Shown: positions 50,058 to 60,304, counted from the first letter of the stretch. The stretch: 64,000 nucleotides of DNA from a bacterium (GCA_030649055.1 JAUSGH010000002.1:5357-69356), one strand, 5' to 3'. The notes: a model not told the origin generated them from the letters alone. Made by a program: numbers and translations.

Positions 50058-50480
50058 TTACTTTGTGATTTCCAAAACGCTGCGTTTATTGTATCCCGGA
50101 ACCGCTCCGCAGATTTTCATAATACGGGACGCGGCATCAATTTCAACAAGCTCCAAATTCTTTATGGTCTTGCGCACACCGCCCATGCGTCCGGCCATGC
50201 GCCGTCCCGGAATAATACGCTGCGGCGACGTGTTGCCAATAGAGCCCGGCGCGCGGAGACGATTTTTCTGACCGTGCGTTTTCGGTCCACCATGAAAACC
50301 GTGCCGCTTCACAACCCCCTGAAAACCGTGGCTTTTGGTGATGCCGGAAACACGCACCAAATCCCCCTCGGCAAAGCCGGAGAGGTCCGCTCCCTCCTCA
50401 ACCTGGATAATGGACACGGGGAAAACCGCGTCATTTTTCCAAACCTGAGTCATATGCAATTTTTTTCCCTTGACCTTCAT
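50058..50480 (-). CDS. rplC: 50S ribosomal protein L3, internally deleted (140 aa)
   Basis: GKK..MTQ...PVS at the N-terminus, GFQGVVKRHGF.GGP.THG, RAPGSIG, MAGRMG, GAVPG; position between rpsJ and rplD. Confidence 0.9.
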   Translation of the reverse strand: MKVKGKKLHMTQVWKNDAVFPVSIIQVEEGADLSGFAEGDLVRVSGITKSHGFQGVVKRHGFHGGPKTHGQKNRLRAPGSIGNTSPQRIIPGRRMAGRMGGVRKTIKNLELVEIDAASRIMKICGAVPGYNKRSVLEITK

Positions 50481-50569
50481 ATTGTTATTCGCGATTACTC
50501 CCCATATTTTACAAAAGACATCTGTGCGCGCGAGGTGGCGCCAGATGTCCTTCATATATAGGACGTCCC

Positions 50570-50902
50570 CTATACCATCTTTATTTCAATATCCACTCCC
50601 GCCGGCATATTAAGCGACGAAAGCGACTCAATAATCTGGGCAGTCGGGTTTAGAATGTCAATCAACCGCTTGTGGACGCGAAGCTCAAACTGCTCTCGCG
50701 CGTCTTTATGCACGAATGTCGAGCTGTTCACGGTATAGCGATGCATGTCGGTAGGCAACGGAACCGGCCCAACCACCTCGGCATCATACCGCTTCACCGC
50801 GTCAACAATCTGCTTGCAGGAGTTATCAATCAATTTATGATCGTACGCCTTGATGCGCAAGCGCAATTTCTCCTTCTCCGTTTTGTCCGTTGCAGAGCTC
50901 AT
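50570..50902 (-). CDS. rpsJ: 30S ribosomal protein S10
   Basis: [31 protein letters not shown]. Confidence 0.95.
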   Translation of the reverse strand: MSSATDKTEKEKLRLRIKAYDHKLIDNSCKQIVDAVKRYDAEVVGPVPLPTDMHRYTVNSSTFVHKDAREQFELRVHKRLIDILNPTAQIIESLSSLNMPAGVDIEIKMV

Positions 50903-50907
50903 AGTGA

Positions 50908-52107
50908 CTATTTGGTGATCTTTGTTACAACGCCTGCGCCCACGGTCTTGCCGCCTTCGCGGATGGCAAACCTCTGCTTTTCCTCAAGCGCCACCGGCGC
51001 GATGAGTTTTACCGTCATCTTCACCGTGTCGCCCGGCATCACCATTTCCATACCCGTCGGCAACGTCATTTCGCCCGTCACGTCCGTGGTGCGAATGTAG
51101 AACTGCGGCTTGTATCCGCCAAAAAACGGGGTGTGCCGTCCGCCTTCCTCTTTGGAAAGCACGTACACTTCGCAGTCAAAATCCGTATGCGGATTCACAC
51201 TGCCCGGCTTCGCGATGACCTGTCCGCGCTCCACGTCTTCTTTCTTCAAACCGCGAAGCAAAATACCCACGTTGTCTCCCGCGCGACCTTCGTCGAGCAG
51301 TTTATTGAACATTTCAATGCCGGTCACAACGGTTTTCTGCGTCGGCCGAAGACCGATGACGTCAACTTCCTCGTTGACTTTCGCGATACCGCGCTCAATG
51401 CGCCCGGTCACGACAGTTCCGCGTCCTTCAATAGAGAAGATGTCTTCGATCGGCATCAAGAACGGCTTCGTGATGTCACGGATCGGATCCGGGATAAATT
51501 CATCCAGCGCCTTCACAAGGTCAAAGATCGGTTTGCACGCCGGATCATCGACGGATTTTGCTTCAAGCGCCTTCAATGCTGAACCGCGGATAATCGGAGT
51601 CGTGTCACCCGGGAATTCGTATTTCGTCAAAAGCTCGCGGACTTCGGATTCAACGAGGTCGATGAGTTCCGGATCGTCCACCATGTCACACTTGTTCAAA
51701 AACACGACAAGCGCCGGCACGCCGACCTGGCGAGCAAGCAAAATGTGTTCTCTCGTCTGCGGCATCGGACCATCCGCCGCCGAAACAACAATGATCGCGC
51801 CGTCCATCTGAGCGGCACCCGTAATCATGTTCTTGATGTAGTCCGCGTGTCCTGGAGCATCAATGTGCGCATAGTGGCGCTTTTCGGATTCATATTCCGA
51901 GTGATGCAACGCAATGGTAATACCGCGCGCCTTTTCTTCCGGAGCGCTGTCAATCTGGTCCACGTTCTCCTCCTTCTTCGCGAGACCTTTCATAAAAAGG
52001 ACGTGCGTCAAGGCGGCCGTCAAGGTCGTTTTGCCGTGGTCAACGTGACCGATCGTTCCGACGTTTACGTGCGGCTTTGTACGCTCAAATTTTGCTTTTT
52101 CTGCCAT
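50908..52107 (-). CDS. tuf: Elongation factor Tu
   Basis: [38 protein letters not shown]. Confidence 0.98.
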   Translation of the reverse strand: MAEKAKFERTKPHVNVGTIGHVDHGKTTLTAALTHVLFMKGLAKKEENVDQIDSAPEEKARGITIALHHSEYESEKRHYAHIDAPGHADYIKNMITGAAQMDGAIIVVSAADGPMPQTREHILLARQVGVPALVVFLNKCDMVDDPELIDLVESEVRELLTKYEFPGDTTPIIRGSALKALEAKSVDDPACKPIFDLVKALDEFIPDPIRDITKPFLMPIEDIFSIEGRGTVVTGRIERGIAKVNEEVDVIGLRPTQKTVVTGIEMFNKLLDEGRAGDNVGILLRGLKKEDVERGQVIAKPGSVNPHTDFDCEVYVLSKEEGGRHTPFFGGYKPQFYIRTTDVTGEMTLPTGMEMVMPGDTVKMTVKLIAPVALEEKQRFAIREGGKTVGAGVVTKITK

Positions 52108-52164
52108 ATGCGTTTTTTAATTATTATTTTATAAAAATGTGTCGACGAAAACGATTATTAGTAA

Positions 52165-52194
52165 ATGATAAACTATTGAGGGTAAAGATGTCAA
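52165..52194 (-). promoter_or_regulatory. sigma70 promoter TTGACA-N18-TATCAT for the tuf-S10 operon
   Basis: Near-consensus match ~60 nt upstream of the tuf ATG. Confidence 0.65.
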
Positions 52195-52459
52195 TACCCC
52201 GTGCCAAATGGCGAAGTATTGTTTAATCTTGCGGAGTATTCAGTGGTGACTACGCGTTATCCACACAAACATGTTAAATGCTACTGACCCTTTATGCTTC
52301 GCCATTTTGCACAGGGTCAATAGGGGCTCTGGGGATAGGCGCAGAGAGAAGTAAGACGTAAGAAATAAGAGGTAAGAAAAACGCAGACGGTCATTGCGAG
52401 TGAAGCGAAGCAATCTTACATTAAGAAATGTTCCCATAAAATGGAAGTGCCGTGAGTCA

Positions 52460-52508
52460 AATATATAAACGAGAAGGAGCCGTGAACCACGAAGGGTCCA
52501 CGGCTCCT
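52460..52508 (-). terminator. Intrinsic terminator of the 53146-52465 transcript
   Basis: AGGAGCCGTGGACC-CTTCGT-GGTTCACGGCTCCT followed by TCTCGTTTATATATTT. Confidence 0.65.
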
Positions 52509-53146
52509 GCTGCTACTCACGATGCTGTGCCTACTCGGCAAACCAGACACATCGGGCTGCCTCACCCACCTAGATCCATGCTTGCTGCGATGAGATGGGG
52601 GCGAGAGTCCGAGCATTGCGGTCTGCGCGAGGCAGTCATGTGAGGTTGGGACGGTTGCCCATGATCCTCAACGATCCAACGTTGAATAAGGAAAGGGCAC
52701 GTGTCCCGGGTGCTTGCGTTAGGCACGAGGTTCACTCGACAGCGTCACACGGACGCATAGCTACAGAAACGGCTTGTGGTCCCTGTAGTCACGGTGCCGT
52801 GGTCAGGCCGAGGCGCCCGTCGAGGTCGAGGTGCTTGGTCGAGCTGGTCGTCGAGAATGTCAATTCATAGCACACCAGACAGACCAGCGCGGGATCCCGA
52901 AGTCTCATGATGAGCTCCTTAGTTCGAGTCCTTGTTGGAGCCGCAAGTGACACACACTCGCTTGACCCAGCGAGACAGGGCGGGCGCCTCCGGAGTCCGA
53001 AAACATCCGGAAGCGCCCGAGAGGGTACTTTCTCGTGCATTACCCGTTAGGGCGGCGCTCGGGACATGACCCACTCCTTTTCTCCCCCAAACGCATTAGC
53101 GGGGGCAATAGCGTCATTTGGAAGGTGCTGTCAATCTCAATCGTTA
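52465..53146 (-). ncRNA. Candidate ~680-nt structured RNA (or structured small-ORF mRNA)
   Basis: Bounded by a near-consensus promoter and a terminator; many hairpins with minus-strand G-U pairs; only short ORFs. Confidence 0.5.
52789..52908 (-). CDS. Possible 39-aa peptide MRLRDPALVCLVCYELTFSTTSSTKHLDLDGRLGLTTAP
   Basis: SD AAGGAG 6 nt upstream of the ATG; lies inside the structured transcript. Confidence 0.3.
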   Translation of the reverse strand: MRLRDPALVCLVCYELTFSTTSSTKHLDLDGRLGLTTAP

Positions 53147-53152
53147 AACGCC

Positions 53153-53181
53153 AGTATACACCCTCCCGAGTGTTTTGTCAA
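53153..53181 (-). promoter_or_regulatory. sigma70 promoter TTGACA-N17-TATACT
   Basis: Near-perfect consensus on the minus strand. Confidence 0.8.
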
Positions 53182-53284
53182 GACCCTCTGGGTAGAAGCG
53201 GATTAACGCGGATTTTACACGCGCGGAACCACGCGGAAGCTTTTTTCCGCGTTTATCTGCGTTGTCATCCGCGTCTTTCCGCTT

Positions 53285-53782
53285 CTATATCTCCACATCT
53301 CCGCACGCCACATACACCTTCACCTCTTCACTGTTTTTGTGGACATTAATCGCAAGCGGCAACTGCGCCTTTAATGCATCCAGTGAAACATCAAGCACGG
53401 AGTCGGATGCGCCGCCCACCAGATACGCAAGCGGATATTTAACCGCTCCCGGATTCGGGCACGCGCCTATGTGAATGTGCGCCGGCTGACTCACGCCACT
53501 CGGCGCGCCGGTAAGCTTCAACGCTACGCGAGTTTTCCCTCCAACGTCTGTGAGCGTCGCGGTGCCGAATTCGCCGGACTTGTTTTGCGCGGAAAGCTCC
53601 ACAACAACCGAATTCGCCTCAACGGCTTCGGAATCCAGCACAAACTCCTCGTCTAATAACACAACATCTGCATCAGACAACATATCCAAATCCTCGGTCA
53701 ACGAAGCACCGCGTCCGTTAAACATAACAACGAGCACCGCCACCGCAACGATCCCCACAAAAATAAGTAAATAGTTTTTCAT
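53285..53782 (-). CDS. Membrane-anchored CHRD/Cu-Zn-SOD-like fold protein
   Basis: N-terminal TM segment; QN.SGE.G.ATL...QPAHIH.GAC...AINVH...ACG. Confidence 0.65.
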   Translation of the reverse strand: MKNYLLIFVGIVAVAVLVVMFNGRGASLTEDLDMLSDADVVLLDEEFVLDSEAVEANSVVVELSAQNKSGEFGTATLTDVGGKTRVALKLTGAPSGVSQPAHIHIGACPNPGAVKYPLAYLVGGASDSVLDVSLDALKAQLPLAINVHKNSEEVKVYVACGDVEI

Positions 53783-53819
53783 ATATTTATTATACAACAT
53801 CAACTACGATAAGAGTGCC

Positions 53820-54149
53820 GCGCCGCAGGCGCTACCTTATCATCACTCACTCACCAACGTGAGGAGAAGGACGAAAAAGCGTTTTTACTTCTGCGCGAAC
53901 CATAAGCGCAGCGACGGTAGTAAAATAGGAATTCAAAAGGGTGCCTTGTTCATTTTAGGCAACATATTGCAGCGATGCGTGAAATTCACGAGTAAAGAAA
54001 TCGCGAAGTCGGAACAATGGCGCTGTGTGAATCCCGAAACCCCCGCAGTGCGGGGGTGAAGGTTGAGTTCGCCTTGTTCCGGTAACTTTCGCGGTTTCTT
54101 ACGAGTAGAATTTCCGCGAGCGGAAATCGTTGCCGAAAATAAACAAGGC
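53820..54149 (+). ncRNA. Repeated structured element, copy C
   Basis: Same 5' block and cores as copies A and B; rod 53943-54149; extra hairpin at ~53884-53925. Confidence 0.7.
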
Positions 54150-54163
54150 GACCGAGAGACAAA

Positions 54164-55216
54164 TTACACTTCAATAACTTTTTCCCAAGGAAGTCCTTCT
54201 TTTCCAAAATGCCCATACGCCGCGGTCTGCAAATAAATCGGCCGGCGCAATTGCAACCGCTCAATAATCGCGTTTGGTCGGAAATCAAACTTTTTCGCCA
54301 CGAGCTTCGCCAAGCTATGCCCTTTTTCATCCACCGCCTCCACCATCATCGGTTCAGCTCTGCCAATGGCATACGACACCGACACAAGACATTGCTTTGC
54401 GTGACCATTCGCCACTAAATTTTTCGCCACAAACCGGCACATATACGCCGCCGAACGGTCCACTTTTGACGGGTCCTTTCCCGAAAACGCTCCGCCGCCA
54501 TGTTGAATAAGTCCACCGTAGGTGTCTACCATGATTTTCCGTCCCGTGAGTCCAGTATCCGCCTCAAATCCGCCCTGCACAAACCGCCCCGTAGGATTCA
54601 CGAGAATCTCAACGCCGGTGAGATCGCCAACTGCGGGCGCAATAAGTTCTTTTGTAAGCGTCGCTTTGATTTCCGCATGCTCCACCGATGCCTCATGCTG
54701 TGTGCTTACCAGCACCGACACAACGTTTTTTCCTTGCATCGTCACCTGCGCCTTGCCATCCGGTTTGATCCAAGAAACCCTGCCCGCACGGCGCAAATCC
54801 TCCAACCCGCGCGTGAGCTTATGCACGAACACTACCCCTTTCGGCAAAAATTCCGGCGTTTCATTCGTCGCGTAACCATACATAATCCCCTGGTCACCCG
54901 CGCCGCCCGTATCCACACCCATCGCGATGTCAGGCGACTGCTCCACAACGTTCGTAATCACTTTCAGATTATTCTGATGACCGATGTCTTTATACACGCG
55001 CTTCGCAATACCCGCATAGTCCACTTTCGCACGCGTCGATACCTCTCCCCCTACAATCAACATCCCGTGTCCGCCGAACGATTCCATCGCCACACGGCTT
55101 TTCGGATCCTGCCGCAAACACTCATCCAACACCGCGTCCGAAACCTGATCGCAAATCTTATCCGGATGCCCCGAGGTTACGCTTTCTACTGTATAAAGTT
55201 TTGGATAATACCCCAT
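54164..55216 (-). CDS. metK: S-adenosylmethionine synthetase
   Basis: ESVTSGHPDKICDQ, GAGDQG.M.GYA, DTGLTGRKI, GGGAFSGKDPSKVDRSAAY. Confidence 0.97.
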   Translation of the reverse strand: MGYYPKLYTVESVTSGHPDKICDQVSDAVLDECLRQDPKSRVAMESFGGHGMLIVGGEVSTRAKVDYAGIAKRVYKDIGHQNNLKVITNVVEQSPDIAMGVDTGGAGDQGIMYGYATNETPEFLPKGVVFVHKLTRGLEDLRRAGRVSWIKPDGKAQVTMQGKNVVSVLVSTQHEASVEHAEIKATLTKELIAPAVGDLTGVEILVNPTGRFVQGGFEADTGLTGRKIMVDTYGGLIQHGGGAFSGKDPSKVDRSAAYMCRFVAKNLVANGHAKQCLVSVSYAIGRAEPMMVEAVDEKGHSLAKLVAKKFDFRPNAIIERLQLRRPIYLQTAAYGHFGKEGLPWEKVIEV

Positions 55217-55220
55217 ATAT

Positions 55221-55460
55221 AAACGGAAATCTTTCCCTTTAGGAAAGATGTAATAATGTATCTTTCCCCGCGTTCGACAACGCGCGAGCATGACGCTCAA
55301 AGGGCTGGAATTGACACTACGTTTCCGTTTTCGAAATGGATCCCGGGTCTACTGCCTCGGGATTGTTTTTCGATTACAAAAAACAAGTTGTCGCCGGATC
55401 TTCGGGCCAGTTCCCGCACACGCGAAACAGTTCGCGCAATTCCCCGGACTCTTGATGATT
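55221..55460 (-). promoter_or_regulatory. SAM-I superfamily riboswitch (enlarged; SAM-I core with a SAM-I/IV-like 3' pseudoknot)
   Basis: Minus strand ATCAAGAG...GGGAACTGGCCCGAAGA...GACAAC...GTGTCAATTCCAG...GAAAGAT directly upstream of metK. Confidence 0.85.
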
Positions 55461-55526
55461 AAGTTGTAACTTCTACTATAGCTTCCAATATATCAAACTC
55501 GAAAATAAACGCAAGAGTTTCGCTAT

Positions 55527-55766
55527 CTAAAACTCCGCCAAGATCACTACCTCCGATTTCTTCACCTCCAAGATGCCGCCTACAACGGGAATAGTTTCTT
55601 TTTTCTCTGCGCCGTCAATCACAATATCCCCCGCCATAAGCGGCGTGATGAGCGGGATGTGTCCGGGCAATACCTGCATCCGACCGGAAACCGCCGGCAC
55701 GGAGACGGACTTCGCCTTTCCCACGAACACTTCTTTGCTTAGTGAGTAGATAGAGAGTTGTATCAT
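55527..55766 (-). CDS. atpC: ATP synthase epsilon subunit (N-terminal domain only, 79 aa)
   Basis: VP...G.MQVLPGHIPLIT.L, GGILEV; last gene of the operon. Confidence 0.88.
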   Translation of the reverse strand: MIQLSIYSLSKEVFVGKAKSVSVPAVSGRMQVLPGHIPLITPLMAGDIVIDGAEKKETIPVVGGILEVKKSEVVILAEF

Positions 55767-55803
55767 GCAATGTCTAAGTTCTAATTCCTAATGTCTGATT
55801 ATT

Positions 55804-55875
55804 GTATTCCTTCGACTTCGCTACGCTCCGCTCAGGAAATAAATTTTTATTCGCTGAGTGCGTCGAAGCGATACC
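55804..55875. repeat. REP-like doublet between atpD and atpC
   Basis: gtattccttcgacttcgctacgctccgctcagga ... cgctgagtgcgtcgaagcgatac. Confidence 0.75.
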
Positions 55876-55913
55876 GTCATTAGAAATTAGAAATTTGTGA
55901 TTAGAAATTTTCC

Positions 55914-57287
<1,374 letters not shown>

Positions 57288-57335
57288 TTATTTCCTATAT
57301 CTTACTTCTTAATTCTTACGTCTTACTTCCCCCCC

Positions 57336-58265
57336 CTACACCGCCATCGCATCCTTTGCTGATGCCATTTCGACCAACTCCTGCGTAATGCTTTCTTGTC
57401 TGGCTTTATTCAGCGCCTGTTGCAATGTTTTCATGATATTCTCCGCGTTTTCCGTCGCGCTCTTCATCGCCACCATACGAGCGGCGTGTTCGGAAGCGTT
57501 TGATTCAAAAATAAGGTGCAGGACTTCCACTTTGACGAGTGCCAACACCAGCGTCTCAAAAATTTTCTGATACGACGGCTCAAACTTATAATATTGTTCG
57601 GATTTTTCATCGACGCGGACGAGCTCGGCATAACGGCCGGACTTCGGCACAATGCCGCGCACAATTTTCTCCAACTCCGGAAGCGAGAGCGGCAGCACCT
57701 CGTGAAATTCCACTTTCTGCACCAGCGCGGAAATAAATGTCGTGGAGCAAAATACAATTTTAGTATACGCACCTGCTTGATATTGCTCCACGAGCCAGTT
57801 GAACACCGGCTCCGCGTCGTAGATTGTCGTGATTTCGGAAAAGTTCGTGAAGGCAAAGGGCATCGTCGCGTTACGCTTCGCAAAATACTCTTTTGACTTA
57901 CGCCCAACAGGAAGCACATGAAGCACTTCGACATCTTTATGCGATTCAATATACCGCGCCGCAGCGCGGAGCACGCCGCTGTTGTAGGCGCCACAAAGTC
58001 CGCGATCGGAAGTGACCACCACCAAACAAATTTTCTCCGGGCCCTCATGTGTACCAAAGTACGGGCTCGTGAGTTCTGCGCGCAGCGCGTACTGCAATAC
58101 ATTCCGCAACAGCGCCAATGCATGCTTCGCGTACGGGCGCGCGCGCATCGCGACGCCTTCAGATTTGCGCATCTTCGCCGCCGCGACCATCTGCATGGCG
58201 CGCGTAATTTGCTTGATGTTCGCCGTCACCCGGATTTTATTTTTGAGTTGATGCTTTGATGCCAT
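57336..58265 (-). CDS. atpG: ATP synthase gamma subunit
   Basis: ITRAMQMVAAAK, SDRGLCG, SEHAARMVAM, RQESITQEL. Confidence 0.96.
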   Translation of the reverse strand: MASKHQLKNKIRVTANIKQITRAMQMVAAAKMRKSEGVAMRARPYAKHALALLRNVLQYALRAELTSPYFGTHEGPEKICLVVVTSDRGLCGAYNSGVLRAAARYIESHKDVEVLHVLPVGRKSKEYFAKRNATMPFAFTNFSEITTIYDAEPVFNWLVEQYQAGAYTKIVFCSTTFISALVQKVEFHEVLPLSLPELEKIVRGIVPKSGRYAELVRVDEKSEQYYKFEPSYQKIFETLVLALVKVEVLHLIFESNASEHAARMVAMKSATENAENIMKTLQQALNKARQESITQELVEMASAKDAMAV

Positions 58266-58297
58266 ATCTTTCTTTCTTACTTCCTACTTCTTACGTC

Positions 58298-59848
58298 TTA
58301 CTTCTTTGCCACAAGCCGCGGCATAAAATCCGCGAGCACCGCCTTAAGCTTCGCCTCGGTTGCATCGTCAAATGCCTTTGTCTCACGGATGCTCTGGAGA
58401 ATATCAGGATGCCGGTCGCGCAAATGCGCCCGGAGTTTTAACTCCGCCTCGCGCACGGACTCCAGCGGAAGCTCATCCAAAAATCCGCCGATACCCATGT
58501 AAAACACGCAGGTTTGTTCCTCAAACGGCATGGCGTCATATTGCGGCTGTTTCAGAAGTTCGGTGAGGTGTTGGCCTCGGTCAATGCGCTTGCGCGTCGC
58601 CTCATCAAGGTCTTGCGCAAATTGGGAAAACGCGGCGAGCTCTTCAAATTGCGCAAGCTCCAGTTTCAATTTTGACGCGACTTTCTTGACGGCTTTTGTT
58701 TGCGCCGCGGAACCCACGCGCGACACCGAAAGTCCGATGTTCACCGCCGGCCGCTGGCCTTTCGCGAACAAATCGTTCTCAAGATAAATCTGACCGTCGG
58801 TGATGGAGATGACATTTGTCGGAATGTACGCAGACACGTCACCCAGCTGCGTTTCAATAATCGGAAGCGCGGTAAGCGATCCCCCGCCCTTTTCCTTCGT
58901 CACTTTTGACGCGCGCTCCAACAAACGGGAATGGAGATAAAAAATATCACCCGGGTATGCTTCGCGTCCGGAAGGCCGGCGGAGCAACAGCGCCATCTGC
59001 CGCCACGCCCACGCGTGCTTGGACAAGTCGTCGTAAATAATTAAGGCATCCCGTCCCTTATCGCGGAAGTACTCGCCCATGCTGCATCCCGCGAACGGCG
59101 CGATGTACCAAAGCGATGCCGGGTCCGCCGCGCCGGCGACAACCACGATAGTGTATTCCATCGCCCCGCGTGATTCAAGCTCCTTCACGATTCCGGCAAC
59201 TTTGGAATATTTCTGACCGATGGCGACATATACGCAAATAGGCCGGGTTTCCTTCGGTTCGTTAAGCTGGCTCAGAATCGCGTCAATCGCAAGCGCGGTT
59301 TTTCCGGTTTGACGGTCACCGATGATCAGTTCGCGCTGGCCACGTCCAATCGGAATTGTACCGTCAATAACTTTAATGCCCGTTGCGAGCGAGACATTCA
59401 CCGGTTCGCGGTCAATGACCGGAGGCGCCGGCCGTTCAATCGGTAGATACGTCACTTTTGATTCATCAAAACTGCCCTTGCCGTCCAAGGGAATCCCCAC
59501 CGGGCTTACCACGCGGCCTAAAAGCGCCTCCCCTGTTGGCACCGAAAGCACTTGTCCTGTTTTATGTACGAGATCGCCTTCGTGAATATGGCTGTATTCG
59601 CCGAGCACCACCGCGCCCACGCTGTATTCCTCAAGATTCAAGACCAGCGCCGGCGTCGCGGTTTTTTTAGAACCTTCCGGCCACGGCTCAATCAACACTT
59701 TTTCCGACATCATTGCCCCGCGCAACCCTTCAATCTGCACAATGCCGTCGGCAACGGAAACCACGCGCCCGACCTCTTCACTCTTGGCGCCAAGTTCGGT
59801 TCCCTCAAGTTCCGCTTTTAAAATTTGTACAATATTATCTTCCTTCAT
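58298..59848 (-). CDS. atpA: ATP synthase alpha subunit
   Basis: GQRELIIGDRQTGKT, GREAYPGDIFYLHSRLLER. Confidence 0.98.
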   Translation of the reverse strand: MKEDNIVQILKAELEGTELGAKSEEVGRVVSVADGIVQIEGLRGAMMSEKVLIEPWPEGSKKTATPALVLNLEEYSVGAVVLGEYSHIHEGDLVHKTGQVLSVPTGEALLGRVVSPVGIPLDGKGSFDESKVTYLPIERPAPPVIDREPVNVSLATGIKVIDGTIPIGRGQRELIIGDRQTGKTALAIDAILSQLNEPKETRPICVYVAIGQKYSKVAGIVKELESRGAMEYTIVVVAGAADPASLWYIAPFAGCSMGEYFRDKGRDALIIYDDLSKHAWAWRQMALLLRRPSGREAYPGDIFYLHSRLLERASKVTKEKGGGSLTALPIIETQLGDVSAYIPTNVISITDGQIYLENDLFAKGQRPAVNIGLSVSRVGSAAQTKAVKKVASKLKLELAQFEELAAFSQFAQDLDEATRKRIDRGQHLTELLKQPQYDAMPFEEQTCVFYMGIGGFLDELPLESVREAELKLRAHLRDRHPDILQSIRETKAFDDATEAKLKAVLADFMPRLVAKK

Positions 59849-59863
59849 ATAGAATCACGGAAT

Positions 59864-59911
59864 GGTTCGACTTCGCTCACCGAATAATATTTCCTGAGCT
59901 TGTCGAAGGAT
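59864..59911. repeat. REP-like doublet between atpH and atpA
   Basis: ggttcgacttcgctcacc ... tcctgagcttgtcgaagga. Confidence 0.75.
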
Positions 59912-59917
59912 TTCCTA

Positions 59918-60304
59918 TTAATCTCGTAACCGTTGTAATTTATTTGTTATTGTTCCGTCGACCAAGACGTCGCTACCAAGACGGAGTGCAACTCCGCCGA
60001 TAACGCGCGGATCAATACGTTCCGCAAATACATACCCCCTTGCTTTGAGGCGCGTTTCAAGCTTTTTCCTTGCAGAACCGCCAAGCGGCCGAGCCGTGAC
60101 AACTTCCGCCACTGTCCCGTCTTTTGCCGCCCACAACCGTTCAAACTCCTTCACCACCTTACCAGCAATCTTTAAATCATTTGAACGCTTCAAGAGCTTC
60201 TTGAAGTTTGCAATGCGCGCCGCAACTATCGCGGGTTTTGCATCCCGCAATGCTTCCACGAGCAGTCGCGCATATACTGTTTGTTTGTGCTGGATGAGAG
60301 ACAT
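59918..60304 (-). CDS. atpH: ATP synthase delta subunit (short)
   Basis: YA..L, AEVVTARPL, DPRVIGG....GSD..VDGTI; position in the operon. Confidence 0.85.
   Translation of the reverse strand: MSLIQHKQTVYARLLVEALRDAKPAIVAARIANFKKLLKRSNDLKIAGKVVKEFERLWAAKDGTVAEVVTARPLGGSARKKLETRLKARGYVFAERIDPRVIGGVALRLGSDVLVDGTITNKLQRLRD

Noticed and set aside
11102-52265. DnaA boxes at 11102-11110 and 52257-52265 as oriC
   Set aside because: Isolated single boxes with no cluster, no unwinding element and no dnaA/dnaN nearby.
52916-52947. tRNA-like 3' end AGTTCGAGTCCTTGTTGGAGCCGCAA on the + strand
   Set aside because: The T-stem does not pair (cttag/ccttg), and no D or anticodon arm or CCA is present.
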